Shown here piece by piece: positions 1-13,154 of a DNA stretch of 56,286 nucleotides; the stretch's first letter is position 1, and every line of letters starts with the position of its first letter. The stretch lies in the NCBI RefSeq assembly GCF_001194135.2, contig NC_068981.1, positions 196,862,306 through 196,918,591 of the forward strand, given 5' to 3'. This DNA is from Octopus bimaculoides (taxonomy: Eukaryota). A program made the translations under genes and the position numbers. The notes beneath the pieces were generated by a model, which worked only from the letters and a program-made list of their open reading frames with translations, did not search any database and had not been told where the DNA came from.

Positions 1-388
1 CCCCCCCCCCTTCCCCGGTATATTCACATATGAACGTCCCTCCCCCGACACCACTACTCCTCACCATCTTTACTCAACCACTGAGGACTAAAACCTCTAC
101 ACATAACACTCCACCGCCAAAGTTGCTCTCTCCAATGTCACCAACGCCAATTCTACTAACGGCAAAAGAAAACCCATACAACCTCACCACCGCCACCACC
201 ATGTCCTCTATCACTCAAAAGCGCAGGTAAAGTTACCACTTGTCGACCATTACCTGTATTGTGATATATCGCCCTTACCAAACAGCACTGCTCGCCATCA
301 CAACATGACACCGCCATTGCAACCGCTAACGCAACCGCCTGTGCGATTACCACAAGAAGAAGAAGAAGAAGAAGAAGAAGAAGAAGAA

Positions 389-894
389 TTGATCTTAACT
401 GATTGGAAGTGTTATCATGTACATTGCTTTGTCTCGGTATAAAAAGATGGGCTACAGCAAATATTCTGCTCAATACCACAGATTTGCTTGTCAGTTGTTT
501 GACTGTAACCAGTTGAGCATGTCCCTTGGTGGCTGACGATATGTGCATCTCTGATCATGAGCAGAAGTAGTAGTAGCCATGTGTTGAGAGGATTTCTTTG
601 GGCTTTGGATAATTCACCTCTGGGAACATGGGTGTTTCGTTCAACATCCTTAAAACAAACCGTATTCAGGGATCTCTTGAGCGGGATAGTCTACTCGACC
701 TGGAGAAAATTCTAACTGGGCCCCCTCTGCAAGGTCATTCACTGTTTATCTCGATATGAGATCACCATGTTGCACACATATGTGATGCATGTGCCTGGTG
801 TACCCTTATCAGACGGGTAGTCATGATGGGTTTAATAGGCTTCGTATATTTATACCCCGGTGTCACTGCTCTCTCACTCAATAATAATGATAAT
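389..894 (+). mobile_element. Non-coding 3' end of a retroelement ending in a (TAA)n tail, probably an R4/Dong-type LINE 3' UTR
   Basis: Ends ...CACTGCTCTCTCACTCAATAATAATGATAAT. Its last ~110 bp recur, reverse-complemented, at 12605-12724, again with a TAA tail. No coding part is visible, so the clade is inferred from the tail and neighbours. Confidence 0.55.
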
Positions 895-991
895 TTCAAC
901 TAAAGGCACAAAGCCTGATATTTGTGGGGAGGGGAAATTCGATCACATCACCGCCATTACTTGACTGATACTTAATTTATCGACCCCGAAA
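895..991 (-). mobile_element. SINE family B, 3' fragment
   Basis: Matches the 3' half of the B copies at 32143 and 40797 (GGCACAAAGCC...CTTAATTTATCGACCCCGAAA). Confidence 0.7.
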
Positions 992-992
992 T

Positions 993-1091
993 GTTATAGT
1001 AGAAGACTTTGCTCAAGTGTCCCGCAGTGGGACTGAACCCGGAACCATGTGGCTGTAAAAGCAAGCTTCTTACCACACACCCACGCCTGCG
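993..1091 (-). mobile_element. SINE family A, tRNA-like head fragment
   Basis: GGGACTGAACCCGGAACCATGTGG...AAGCTTCTTACCACAC matches the A heads at 11681-12071 and 46197. Confidence 0.85.
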
Positions 1092-1894
1092 CTTTATTTA
1101 TATTTATTTATATATATATATATANNNNNNNNNNNNNNNNNNNNNNNNNNNNNNNNNNNNNNNNNNNNNNNNNNNNNNNNNNNNNNNNNNNNNNNNNNNN
1201 NNNNNNNNNNNNNNNNNNNNNNNNNNNNNNNNNNNNNNNNNNNNNNNNNNNNNNNNNNNNNNNNNNNNNNNNNNNNNNNNNNNNNNNNNNNNNNNNNNNN
1301 NNNNNNNNNNNNNNNNNNNNNNNNNNNNNNNNNNNNNNNNNNNNNNNNNNNNNNNNNNNNNNNNNNNNNNNNNNNNNNNNNNNNNNNNNNNNNNNNNNNN
1401 NNNNNNNNNNNNNNNNNNNNNNNNNNNNNNNNNNNNNNNNNNNNNNNNNNNNNNNNNNNNNNNNNNNNNNNNNNNNNNNNNNNNNNNNNNNNNNNNNNNN
1501 NNNNNNNNNNNNNNNNNNNNNNNNNNNNNNNNNNNNNNNNNNNNNNNNNNNNNNNNNNNNNNNNNNNNNNNNNNNNNNNNNNNNNNNNNNNNNNNNNNNN
1601 NNNNNNNNNNNNNNNNNNNNNNNNNNNNNNNNNNNNNNNNNNNNNNNNNNNNNNNNNNNNNNNNNNNNNNNNNNNNNNNNNNNNNNNNNNNNNNNNNNNN
1701 NNNNNNNNNNNNNNNNNNNNNNNNNNNNNNNNNNNNNNNNNNNNNNNNNNNNNNNNNNNNNNNNNNNNNNNNNNNNNNNNNNNNNNNNNNNNNNNNNNNN
1801 NNNNNNNNNNNNNNNNNNNNNNNNNNNNNNNNNNNNNNNNNNNNNNNNNNNNNNNNNNNNNNNNNNNNNNNNNNNNNNNNNNNNNNNNNNNNNN

Positions 1895-1927
<33 letters not shown>

Positions 1928-2142
1928 ATATATATATATACATGAGAGTGTACTTGTGGTTGAATGTGTGCGTGCATGCGTATACGCATGTTTACTTGTC
2001 AGGGCATGCATATTTCTAGTGTTAATTGATGGGTGTGTCTATGTGTAGATATGGCTATATATGTATACACACGTTTGTGTATAAGAGCGTGTAAATTTGA
2101 TAAGATTACGTCAGCAACTCCAAATTATTTTGGCGGGAAGAT

Positions 2143-2182
<40 letters not shown>

Positions 2183-2539
2183 AGTTGGTGGGGTGAAGCT
2201 GATTACGTTATATGACAGAAATTCACTCAATGATTAAACTATACAACCACCACAACTACCACCACAACTACCACCCGAACACCAACACCTCTACCCTCAC
2301 CCCTACCCCCACCACCTCCGACACCTTCACCACAGCACTGTCATCACCACCACCACCACCACCATCGACATGACCTCCACTACCTTATTGTATCCATTAC
2401 CAGACTGTCGTTATCGAATCCATTTTTATTGTGTAATTAATTAGTTCGGTCATGTTTGGAAAGTCTAATGTTGTTGTTATTGTTGTTGTTGTTGTTACAT
2501 TAGTGCCACTGATGATAACGGAGACAGGGGTGTGGTGAC

Positions 2540-2627
2540 ATCGAAGTCATCAACATCATCATCGTCATCGTCATTACAAGCGCCACCATCGTCCCCGCCA
2601 ACATCGCCATCACAATCGTCAGTACCA

Positions 2628-2679
<52 letters not shown>

Positions 2680-2850
2680 GTTGTCGCTGTGAAGATCATC
2701 ATCATCATCGTCATTACCACCACCTTTGTCATCATCATCATCATCCTCATCATCATCACTATCATCGTCATCAGCAGCAGCATCACCACCACCATCATAA
2801 TCAGCATCAGCGTCGTCATAATCATCATCATCATCATCATCATCACCATC
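2540..2850. repeat. (CAT)n-dominated trinucleotide microsatellite
   Basis: Direct inspection; explains the poly-H/I/S/M/D pseudo-ORFs. Confidence 0.95.
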
Positions 2851-4535
2851 NNNNNNNNNNNNNNNNNNNNNNNNNNNNNNNNNNNNNNNNNNNNNNNNNN
2901 NNNNNNNNNNNNNNNNNNNNNNNNNNNNNNNNNNNNNNNNNNNNNNNNNNNNNNNNNNNNNNNNNNNNNNNNNNNNNNNNNNNNNNNNNNNNNNNNNNNN
3001 NNNNNNNNNNNNNNNNNNNNNNNNNNNNNNNNNNNNNNNNNNNNNNNNNNNNNNNNNNNNNNNNNNNNNNNNNNNNNNNNNNNNNNNNNNNNNNNNNNNN
3101 NNNNNNNNNNNNNNNNNNNNNNNNNNNNNNNNNNNNNNNNNNNNNNNNNNNNNNNNNNNNNNNNNNNNNNNNNNNNNNNNNNNNNNNNNNNNNNNNNNNN
3201 NNNNNNNNNNNNNNNNNNNNNNNNNNNNNNNNNNNNNNNNNNNNNNNNNNNNNNNNNNNNNNNNNNNNNNNNNNNNNNNNNNNNNNNNNNNNNNNNNNNN
3301 NNNNNNNNNNNNNNNNNNNNNNNNNNNNNNNNNNNNNNNNNNNNNNNNNNNNNNNNNNNNNNNNNNNNNNNNNNNNNNNNNNNNNNNNNNNNNNNNNNNN
3401 NNNNNNNNNNNNNNNNNNNNNNNNNNNNNNNNNNNNNNNNNNNNNNNNNNNNNNNNNNNNNNNNNNNNNNNNNNNNNNNNNNNNNNNNNNNNNNNNNNNN
3501 NNNNNNNNNNNNNGTGGGTGTGCATACGCGTCTGTATACGCGTGTGTATGTACGCGTGCGTCTGTGTGTCTGTGTATGCGTGTGTGTGGGGGTGCGTGAA
3601 TGTGTGTGTGTGCGCGGGTGTACGTGTGTGTGCCTGTGTGTGTATACGTGAGCGTGTGCATGCGTGTGTGTACGTGTGTTTGCATGTATGTGTGTGTGTG
3701 AGTGTGTGTATGTGTGTGTGTGCATGTGTGTATGCGTGTGTGTTTGCACGTGTGTGTTTGCACGTGTGTGTCAGTGTGTGTGTATGTTCGTGTGTAAGTG
3801 TGTGCGTATATGTATGTGTGTGTGCGTGAGTGTATGTGTGTGTCTGTCTGTTTCCCTGTGTGTGTGTAGTGTCATGCTTGCTTGTTGATAGGATCAGTAA
3901 AAAGTACACAATCCAGCAGCAAAGAACTATCATTCAATGATTTATCCGTGAACTACTTCGAGTTTCATGTTTGCATAATTTTTCACGTAACTTTTTTCGT
4001 TTTGTTGTTCAGCTTTTTGGGGGTTTTTTCATCACACTGAATAGACAAGTCATTTCAACTTCAATGATTGCCAAGTCGTGCACTGTACACTATACAAGCC
4101 TACGTAATCGCCGCATTATTCGAGCCTGAAACTTGAAGTAGTTCACGCATAATTCCTGTATTCATCACCATCGTCATATGCCAGTGTGTATGCATATGAA
4201 AAAGGGATTTACTTCTTCAGAAGCAAGAATAGGAAAAGAATTGGTTTTTGAGTTTTTGAAAATGCACCAGAGTCTTAAAATGAATTTTAGCTTTTTAAAT
4301 GTTCTTCAAATTTCATAAAATACTGGTTTTAACAATTTTTTTGCCTTTCGTAAATAAAATTTAGATGAAAATTTAAAATAAAAAGAATTCCAGGAGAAAG
4401 TTTCACGGTGACAAAGTATGCTAGGAAGTCAAATGTTCGACAAGTTTTATATTAAAATTACACGGTGAAAAGTCAATAAGTTTTACAGCAATAACAAACG
4501 ATGGAAGTTCATATTTCAATATACTTCATAGTAAT

Positions 4536-4729
4536 AATCCTTCCTACTGTAGACACAAGGCCTGAAATTTTGGGGGAGGGGGCCAGTCGATTAGATCGAC
4601 TCGCAATTTATCAACCTCGAAAGGATGAAGAGCAAAGTCGAGCCTGGTGGAATTTGAACTCGGAATACGTAGCGGCAGACGGAATACCGCTCAGAATTTC
4701 GCCCGGCGTTCTAACGTTTCTGCCAGCTC
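4536..4729 (-). mobile_element. SINE family B, near full length
   Basis: Minus-strand head GAGCTGGCAGAAACGTTAGAAC...CCGAGTTCAAATTCC with A/B-box-like motifs; body matches other B copies. Confidence 0.85.
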
Positions 4730-5301
4730 AAGGCCTCATGTTTTTTCTTTCTTTTTTTTTTTAACTAATATTGCCTTGTACATGTAGGTTTCCAAGACAT
4801 CGGTTCAAGTCCTGGTTGGTTACTTTCTCAAAGACCTCACTGGTTTTTTCACCCCCTGTGACCAAGCGTTCTGGTTAATTAACCGACCCNNNNNNNNNNN
4901 NNNNNNNNNNNNNNNNNNNNNNNNNNNNNNNNNNNNNNNNNNNNNNNNNNNNNNNNNNNNNNNNNNNNNNNNNNNNNNNNNNNNNNNNNNNNNNNNNNNN
5001 NNNNNNNNNNNNNNNNNNNNNNNNNNNNNNNNNNNNNNNNNNNNNNNNNNNNNNNNNNNNNNNNNNNNNNNNNNNNNNNNNNNNNNNNNNNNNNNNNNNN
5101 NNNNNNNNNNNNNNNNNNNNNNNNNNNNNNNNNNNNNNNNNNNNNNNNNNNNNNNNNNNNNNNNNNNNNNNNNNNNNNNNNNNNNNNNNNNNNNNNNNNN
5201 NNNNNNNNNNNNNNNNNNNNNNNNNNNNNNNNNNNNNNNNNNNNNNNNNNNNNNNNNNNNNNNNNNNNNNNNNNNNNNNNNNNNNNNNNNNNNNNNNNNN
5301 N

Positions 5302-5362
<61 letters not shown>

Positions 5363-5365
<3 letters not shown>

Positions 5366-5550
5366 TGAGAATTTACAAAAAAAAACAAAAGACGAAGACG
5401 GGTGTGTAAACAACAAACAGATGTATTAGTTTAAAGCTCGGGAAGTGAGAAAGTCTTTTACATTTCGAGCCTACGCTCTTCGACAGAAAAGAATACAGAA
5501 ATAATCAGGGAGCGAAAATAAAAAGGGTTTAGTGGCTAACGATCTATCAG
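5363..5550 (-). mobile_element. Family D repeat (PLE pseudo-LTR-like) with a hammerhead-like motif at about 5455-5491
   Basis: Minus strand reads CTTTT-CTGTCGA-A-GAGC-GTAG-GCTC-GAAA-TGTA-AAAG. Other copies lie at 5816, 9195 and 46730. Confidence 0.7.
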
Positions 5551-5815
5551 GGAGAGAAACGACAATACGAAAAACAGAAAGTACAAAAAAATTTATAAAA
5601 GTTCAAAAGATTCAAACATCGTGGTGTATTGGAGCGGTTTCTCATCAACGGAAGAGTCAAGTGTAATCCATGGATAGGAGAGATGCAGCCGAAGTGTAGG
5701 AGTCCGAGTGTAGGGGAGTAGAAAGTCCAGGTAGAGAATCCAGGTAGAATAGTCCAAGAAAGGTTCGAAGTGGAGACAGGATAAAATTGGTGCGACCACG
5801 TGAGCGTGTAATATA

Positions 5816-5953
5816 TAGTGAGAATTTACAAAAAAACAAAAGACGAAGACAGGTGTGTAAACAACAAACAGATGTATTAGTTTAACGCTCGGGAAGTGAG
5901 AAAGTCTTTTACGTTTCGAGCCTACACTCTCCGACAAAAAGGAACACAGAAAT
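5816..5953 (-). mobile_element. Family D repeat, second direct copy
   Basis: Near-identical to 5363-5500. Minus strand CCTTT-TTGTCGG-A-GAGT-GTAG-GCTC-GAAA-CGTA-AAAG. Confidence 0.7.
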
Positions 5954-6104
5954 ATACGACAGGCTTCTTCCAGTTTCCCTCTACCAAATCCACTCACAAG
6001 GCTTTGGTTGGCTCGAGGCTATAGTAGAAGACCATGCAATAGGATTGAACCCGGAACCATATGGTTGGGAAGCAAGCTTCTTACCACACAGCCACGCCAG
6101 CACC
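5954..6104 (-). mobile_element. SINE family A, 5' half
   Basis: Family A head plus CAAATCCACTCACAAGGCTTTGG body. Confidence 0.85.
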
Positions 6105-6839
6105 TGTACATATGTATGTATATATGGATGGAGGGATGGATGGATGCATGTATACGTGTGTGTACATATATATTCATAGTTTCGGATTGAGTTCCTCTGC
6201 GCGGCAGCTTGGTCAAATGTCTCCTACTATAGAACCGCACCGACCAATGCCTACTGAAGGAAACTTTGAAGAAGCTTAAAGTTGAAAATTAGTAGAAAAA
6301 GCAAAGCACGAGAGTCTTTCATTTTGTCTTGAAGTTGTAAAATAAAAGAAGGTGAAACTTCTGCGATTCTTTGTGCCTGTTAGATCCCTCCGACATACGA
6401 AATCGTCAGGTTCGCAGCAATGAGGCTTAAAAACCTGATGAAAATCCTTCCAAGGTGTCATGATCGTTTTAATTACGGCAAATAAATGAAACGTTGATAA
6501 GATTTCGTTATTGTTGTAATTGTTGACACTTCAGCTTTCGGGCAATGTGTGGCTCCTTTATAAATTATGCATCGCTGATGCTGTGTTTGGCGTTGTTGGT
6601 GTGAAGTGATCAGTTGGTTGGGTGTTCGCTTCGGAAAGGCGACACACAATGAAGTCGTTGAAGTCTCTCGTTACACCGCTGGCTCCGCCACCGTCGTCAA
6701 ATACCGACCCACTTTCTCTCTGTGACATCGTACAGTGTGACCAATTTGGCTGCAGCAATCTGATTGGTTGAAACACCGATAAGCATTTCAATTATATTTC
6801 CACACGATTGTGCTAATGTGTTATGGACTGCTTTTCTGT

Positions 6840-7240
6840 GTACACATGTCGCTTGCATGTGTGTGTTCATGTGTGTGTGGGTGTGTGGGTGTGTATTTAT
6901 GTGTGTGTGTGTGTGTGTGTGTGTGTTTGTCTTTGTCTTTGTGTGCTTGTGTGTGTTTGTGTGTGTGCGTGTGTGTTTGTGTTTGTTTTTGTGTATGTGT
7001 TTGTATTCGTGTATGCGTTTCTGCATGTGTTTGTGTGTGTGTTTCTCTGTGTGTTTCTGTGTGTGTGTTTCTGTATTTCTGTGTGGGTGTTTGTTTGTGT
7101 GTGTTTGTTTGTGTGTGTTTGTATGTGTTTGTGTGTGTATGTTTGTGTGTGTCTGTGTGTTTATGCGTATGTGTTTCTGTGTGTGTGTTTATTTGTTTGT
7201 GTGTGCGAGTGTGTATTTGTTTGTGTGTGTGTCTCTGTGC

Positions 7241-7278
<38 letters not shown>

Positions 7279-7376
7279 ATGACGCGAATGTTTTGTATAG
7301 ACGGTTGCATTTAGTGCATATATTTTTGTGTACATATCTCATGTGCAGGTGTATATATTTATATATGTGTCTCTAC

Positions 7377-7442
<66 letters not shown>

Positions 7443-7605
7443 TTGTATAGAAGTACATATACATATGTGTGTGTATATAAATACACAAACACACACACAC
7501 ACACATACACAGACACTCACAGTGTTTAATTTTCTATAAGTTATATGCGGATATGGTGTGTTTAAAGGCTTGTGTGACTCTGTGAGGGAGTGAGTGAGTG
7601 AGTGA

Positions 7606-7697
<92 letters not shown>

Positions 7698-7700
7698 TTA
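6840..7700. repeat. Compound (GT)n/(TA)n/(GAGT)n microsatellite tract
   Basis: Direct inspection; source of the VCVC/HTHT pseudo-ORFs. Confidence 0.95.
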
Positions 7701-8045
7701 AAAAGATATCAGATGAAAGACGTTGAGAGATCGAGGAAGAGGGAGATTTGAACGTGAAGCAAAAGAAAGAGAGAGAGGAGGGGTTGTAGTAGAAAGTATA
7801 TTGATAAGAGAGATATAAAAGAAGAGAGAGAGAGAGAGAGAGAGCGCATATAAGCGTAGAGTAGAGGGGGAGGGAAAGAGAGAGGGACAGAGACAAAGAC
7901 AGAGACTGTGAGGGAGAGAGTGGAAGGAAGAGAAAGAGAAAGAGAGAGAGAGAGGGAGAGAAATAAGAAAGGTAGAAAATGGTATATGAGGTTTGGAGAT
8001 GGCATGAAGGAATGAGTACGATGGAGTAGAGTGAAGATCGAGTGC

Positions 8046-8160
8046 AAAGAAGAAGAAGAAGAAGAAGAAGAAGAAGAAGAAGAAGAAGAAGAAGAAGAAG
8101 AAGAAGAAGAAGAAGAAGAAGAAGAAGAAGACGGCGGTGGTGGTGGTGGTGGTGGTGGTG
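8046..8160. repeat. (GAA)n plus (GGT)n microsatellite
   Basis: Direct inspection. Confidence 0.95.
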
Positions 8161-8869
8161 ACAAAGATGATATCAGTCATGACGACGACGATGCGAGAAA
8201 ACGCGAGAAAATTGCGAGACACTGCGAGAAACTATGGGTAAAGGATAATAAAGCAAGAGAAGATTGCAAGGGAAATGTGTAACAATAATGGCGGCTTGTG
8301 AGTAATATAACGTGATAAATCTCATCTGCTTGAAAAATAAGGTGAGAAAAAGGAGGAACGCAAGGAAAATGAAGGGGATTTTTGCAGGTCTAAATGTTGT
8401 CACTGATCTCCCGTCATTTTCACACGTTTCTTCACAAGAACTCCTTAATTTCCAAAGTAGACGGACAACCATTCTGTTACAGCGTTTCTAACTTAAGAAT
8501 ATTTAGCCAATACTGTCACCACCACCACCACCACCACAACTAATCAACATTATTGTCACTGTATTTTAATTTATTGGTGGCATTTCCACTAGTGCCACCA
8601 GGGGAGGGGGCGCTTCTAATCAGCCGCGTCAATTGCTACAAATAGCAGCCAAATCTCTCTCAAATCACATATTACTCTCTCGAAGATGGACACTTTGTAG
8701 AATTTAGTCATTGTTGCGCTGTGTCTATATAAGGAACATGCGGAATGGCCACGGATGGAATGCATTCTATCGATCCCTTTCGCCGATTACCTTGGTTAAG
8801 GGGACATAAACACGCAAAAACTGCTTCTCAAGCAGTGTCAGCGACAAACATACACATACACATACATAT

Positions 8870-8932
<63 letters not shown>

Positions 8933-9194
8933 ATACACACGCACAAATACACACATATATATATATATACACAAAATATACACATAATGAAAGATTTCAT
9001 TCAGCNNNNNNNNNNNNNNNNNNNNNNNNNNNNNNNNNNNNNNNNNNNNNNNNNNNNNNNNNNNNNNNNNNNNNNNNNNNNNNNNNNNNNNNNNNNNNNN
9101 NNNNNNNNNNNNNNNNNNNNNNNNNNNNNNNNNNNNNNNNNNNNNNNNNNNNNNNNNNNNNNNNNNNNNNNNNNNNNNNNNNTATATATACACA

Positions 9195-9302
9195 TATTGG
9201 TCAATTTTACAAAAGACAAGAAAACAGGTGAGGGAAGAACAAGCACGTGTATTAGTTTGACGCTCGGGAAGGATGGAAAATGTCTTTGACGTTTCGAGCC
9301 TG
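9195..9302 (-). mobile_element. Family D-related fragment carrying the 3' half of the hammerhead-like motif
   Basis: Minus strand GGCTC-GAAA-CGTC-AAAGAC...CCCGAGCGTCAAACTAATAC. Confidence 0.6.
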
Positions 9303-9760
9303 CGTATATGTATATATATATATATGTGTGTGTGTGTATGTGTGTGTGTGTGTGTATACATTTTTACCCACTCTCTATACAGATGTATATGTCATATATA
9401 TTTATAAACAAGGAGACTGAAGTGAGCAAGTTGTTCTATTACATCAATTTACAAGTGTTTCATCAACGTTCGGACTCAAGCGTATTGGTATATTATTATA
9501 TTATATATGCAACTATACGCTTAAGATGTATCAGTATATTGATAGAATCGAATATTGAGTCATAAGAATCCGGTATGAAATATATTTGTTAATAACTATA
9601 TGCATTCTGCGGACATAATGGATTTTCCGAAAAAAATCTGTAAAAACATTGACCTCTCATTTAAAGTCATCCAATAGCTTGTACTTGTTGATGAGCTTTG
9701 GAGATTAAACTCCAGTGCCCTAATGAAATTGATACACACACAGACACAAACACGCACACG

Positions 9761-9796
<36 letters not shown>

Positions 9797-10698
9797 NNNN
9801 NNNNNNNNNNNNNNNNNNNNNNNNNNNNNNNNNNNNNNNNNNNNNNNNNNNNNNNNNNNNNNNNNNNNNNNNNNNNNNNNNNNNNNNNNNNNNNNNNNNN
9901 NNNNNNNNNNNNNNNNNNNNNNNNNNNNNNNNNNNNNNNNNNNNNNNNNNNNNNNNNNNNNNNNNNNNNNNNNNNNNNNNNNNNNNNNNNNNNNNNNNNN
10001 NNNNNNNNNNNNNNNNNNNNNNNNNNNNNNNNNNNNNNNNNNNNNNNNNNNNNNNNNNNNNNNNNNNNNNNNNNNNNNNNNNNNNNNNNNNNNNNNNNNN
10101 NNNNNNNNNNNNNNNNNNNNNNNNNNNNNNNNNNNNNNNNNNNNNNNNNNNNNNNNNNNNNNNNNNNNNNNNNNNNNNNNNNNNNNNNNNNNNNNNNNNN
10201 NNNNNNNNNNNNNNNNNNNNNNNNNNNNNNNNNNNNNNNNNNNNNNNNNNNNNNNNNNNNNNNNNNNNNNNNNNNNNNNNNNNNNNNNNNNNNNNNNNNN
10301 NNNNNNNNNNNNNNNNNNNNNNNNNNNNNNNNNNNNNNNNNNNNNNNNNNNNNNNNNNNNNNNNNNNNNNNNNNNNNNNNNNNNNNNNNNNNNNNNNNNN
10401 NNNNNNNNNNNNNNNNNNNNNNNNNNNNNNNNNNNNNNNNNNNNNNNNNNNNNNNNNNNNNNNNNNNNNNNNNNNNNNNNNNNNNNNNNNNNNNNNNNNN
10501 NNNNNNNNNNNNNNNNNNNNNNNNNNNNNNNNNNNNNNNNNNNNNNNNNNNNNNNNNNNNNNNNNNNNNNNNNNNNNNNNNNNNNNNNNNNNNNNNNNNN
10601 NNNNNNNNNNNNNNNNNNNNNNNNNNNNNNNNNNNNNNNNNNNNNTATATACGCGCGCATATACATATGTATATATAAAGGGACAGACAGACAGACAG

Positions 10699-10737
<39 letters not shown>

Positions 10738-11162
10738 GAGAGGGAAAAAGTGCGTGTGGGTGACTAGGGGAACTTGGGAGACATTGTTTGTGCTGTGATT
10801 GAGTAATGAAGAGGTGAGCGTTAAAATGGCGTTTATCTTGAACGTCGAACAAACACTAACGGTTGTATCTTATCTGACCAAGAAATCGCCATTTTGTTCA
10901 GTCAGTGCATTTCCTCAGTAAATCCCCGGTCCCCTTTACTGTTTCGCCTCTTCTGAAGGGCCACATCAGTGTCAAAGAATCGTCCCTTCAAAATCTGGAC
11001 CTTTTAATCAGTTTCAGCCATCTTTACAAACTGACATCCCACAACCCACCCATCGTCTTCGCTCTTCTCTTCCCATCTCTCACCATTCCCCCAATACATT
11101 TCAATCCCTCTACTCCCCGACCCCACTTTCGGTAGTGTTGATGAAGATGGGGAATGAGATGA

Positions 11163-11204
<42 letters not shown>

Positions 11205-11443
11205 CAGCAGCAGCAGCAGCAACAGCGGCGGCGGTTCCAGTGGCGGTGGTGGTGGTGGTGTTGGTGGTGGTAAGGATGGTTATACGGTAATGTCATGTAG
11301 TGTTGATGATGATGATGATGATGATGATGCTGATGATGGTGTAGTGAGGATGAGAATTGTGGTGGCGATCGGGATGTGAGGTAGGGGTGGGGTGAGGTGT
11401 TCTAGTGATGGCGGAGTTAAAAATGACACAATTCTCTCTTCTA

Positions 11444-11481
<38 letters not shown>

Positions 11482-11680
11482 CCACAAAATAAGAAACTTG
11501 ACTTTTGCCCGTTTTTCTTTCAGTTCCGGGTGAATTGTTTCTTTCGCTGTTAATATTGTTCTTGTTATTCATTTTGTTATTGATGTTGGTATTGTAGTTG
11601 TTACCATTGTTAATATAATAATTGTCATTCTGGCTTCTTCCTCTTGTCTGTGTGTGCGTATATATGTATGTGTGTGTGTG

Positions 11681-12071
11681 TATTCTTTTATTCTTTTCCT
11701 TGTTTCAGTCATTTGAATGCGGCCATGCTGGAGCACCGCCTTTAGTCGAACAAATGTACGCCAGGACTTATTCTTTGTAAGCCTAGTACTTATCGGTCTC
11801 TCTTTGCCGAACCGCTATGTTACGTGGACGTAAACATACCAACATCGATTATCAAGCAATGGTGGGGGGACAAACACATAAATGCATATATATATATATA
11901 TATATTTACGACGGGCTTCTTTCAGTTTCCATCTACCCAATCCACTTACAAGGCTTTGGTCGCCCTGAGGCTATAGTAGAAGACACTTGCCCAAGGTGCG
12001 ACGCAGTGGGACTGAACCCGGAACCATGTGCTTGGGAAGCAAGCTTCTTATTACACAGACACTCCTGCTCC
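11681..12071 (-). mobile_element. SINE family A, full length
   Basis: tRNA-like head, internal (TA)n, 3' body ending GACTGAAACAAGGAAAAGAATAAAAGAATA; collinear with 46197-46710. Confidence 0.9.
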
Positions 12072-12081
12072 TGTGTATGTA

Positions 12082-12132
<51 letters not shown>

Positions 12133-12160
12133 CATCATCATCATCATCATCATTATTATT

Positions 12161-12201
<41 letters not shown>

Positions 12202-12209
12202 TATTATTC

Positions 12210-12256
<47 letters not shown>

Positions 12257-12587
12257 GTTCAGTAGTTTTATTTTTATAACGTGCTTTCACTGCACTACCG
12301 AGCGCAGCTCTGTGTGCCTTGGGTATGTGCTGTGGTTTGCTGTGATGCTCTTATTTTCACTGTACTGAAAGTGTTTTGCGTAGGATGTGTGCGGTGCCTA
12401 GTAATGCTATTTTCTGTATGTTATATACATTCGTAAGTCCTGGTGTTTTGGTTATGTTTTTTAATCATACCTAATGCACTTATTATTATGGGAATGTTTC
12501 TCTTTTTATGCTCTACATTCGGGTTATCTCTATTTCCAGATCTTTGTATTTTTAGAGTTTCTCCGTTTTTTTTAGAGAAATATTGTC
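12257..12587 (-). mobile_element. 5'-truncated R4/Dong-clade LINE 3' end
   Basis: Frameshifted ...KYKDLEIEITRM...IPIIISALGMIKK...IQKIALLGTAHILRKTLS, a C-terminus typical of R4/Dong restriction-like endonuclease ORFs. Flanked by (TAA)n on both sides. Confidence 0.8.
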
Positions 12588-12604
12588 TATTATTATTATT
12601 ATTT

Positions 12605-12724
12605 ATGAATGAGAGAGCAGTGCATGCCATCAAACTGACACTGAGGTAAAATATACGAAGCCCAATATACCCATCATGGTTATCCATCTGTTAAGGGTAC
12701 ACCAGGCACATGCATCTCAACCAT
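12605..12724 (-). mobile_element. Short 3' end of the 389-894 family with a TAA tail
   Basis: Reverse complement of about 785-894. Confidence 0.65.
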
Positions 12725-12769
12725 GTGTGTGCGATTATTATCATTATCAATATTTTATTATTATTATTT

Positions 12770-13154
12770 TATGTTTGACTTTTGTTTTGCATTTGTACAA
12801 GTTGGATCCAAGTCTCACCCAGAGACCTCAAGAGACAACAAGTTAGAAGTTCATGTAGGTGTTATGCCTAGGGTACCATATATTTGGATTTGTACAGTTT
12901 TGTTCAAGTGAATGTTTAAGAAACCATAAGAAAATTATGTTTGCTTTAAAATTTGAGATCACATAGACAGTATTTTACGTAGGATATGGGCAGTTCCCAT
13001 GAGCACTATCTTTTGGACTTCAGCCATTTTGGGGTTTCCTGGTATCTGAGCTAGGTAGTAATCAGCCCGTTTCGCTGTCATTCCCAGGGCACCTATGACA
13101 ATAGGTATTGTTTTCGTCTTCAGATTCCACATTTTGCTAATTTCTATTTCAAGA
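12770..13154 (-). mobile_element. R4/Dong-clade LINE 3' end, second family, running into a gap
   Basis: LEIEISKMWNLKTKTIPIVIGALGM...VQKIVLMGTAHILRKILSM, stop at 12959, then a 3' UTR and (TAA)n tail. Confidence 0.85.

Noticed and set aside
8031-8282. Acidic poly-E protein
   Set aside because: Translation of a (GAA)n microsatellite; same for 27951-28100.
10820-10900. Pair of YY1-like AAAATGGCG motifs
   Set aside because: Short motifs are expected by chance and no transcript or gene supports them.
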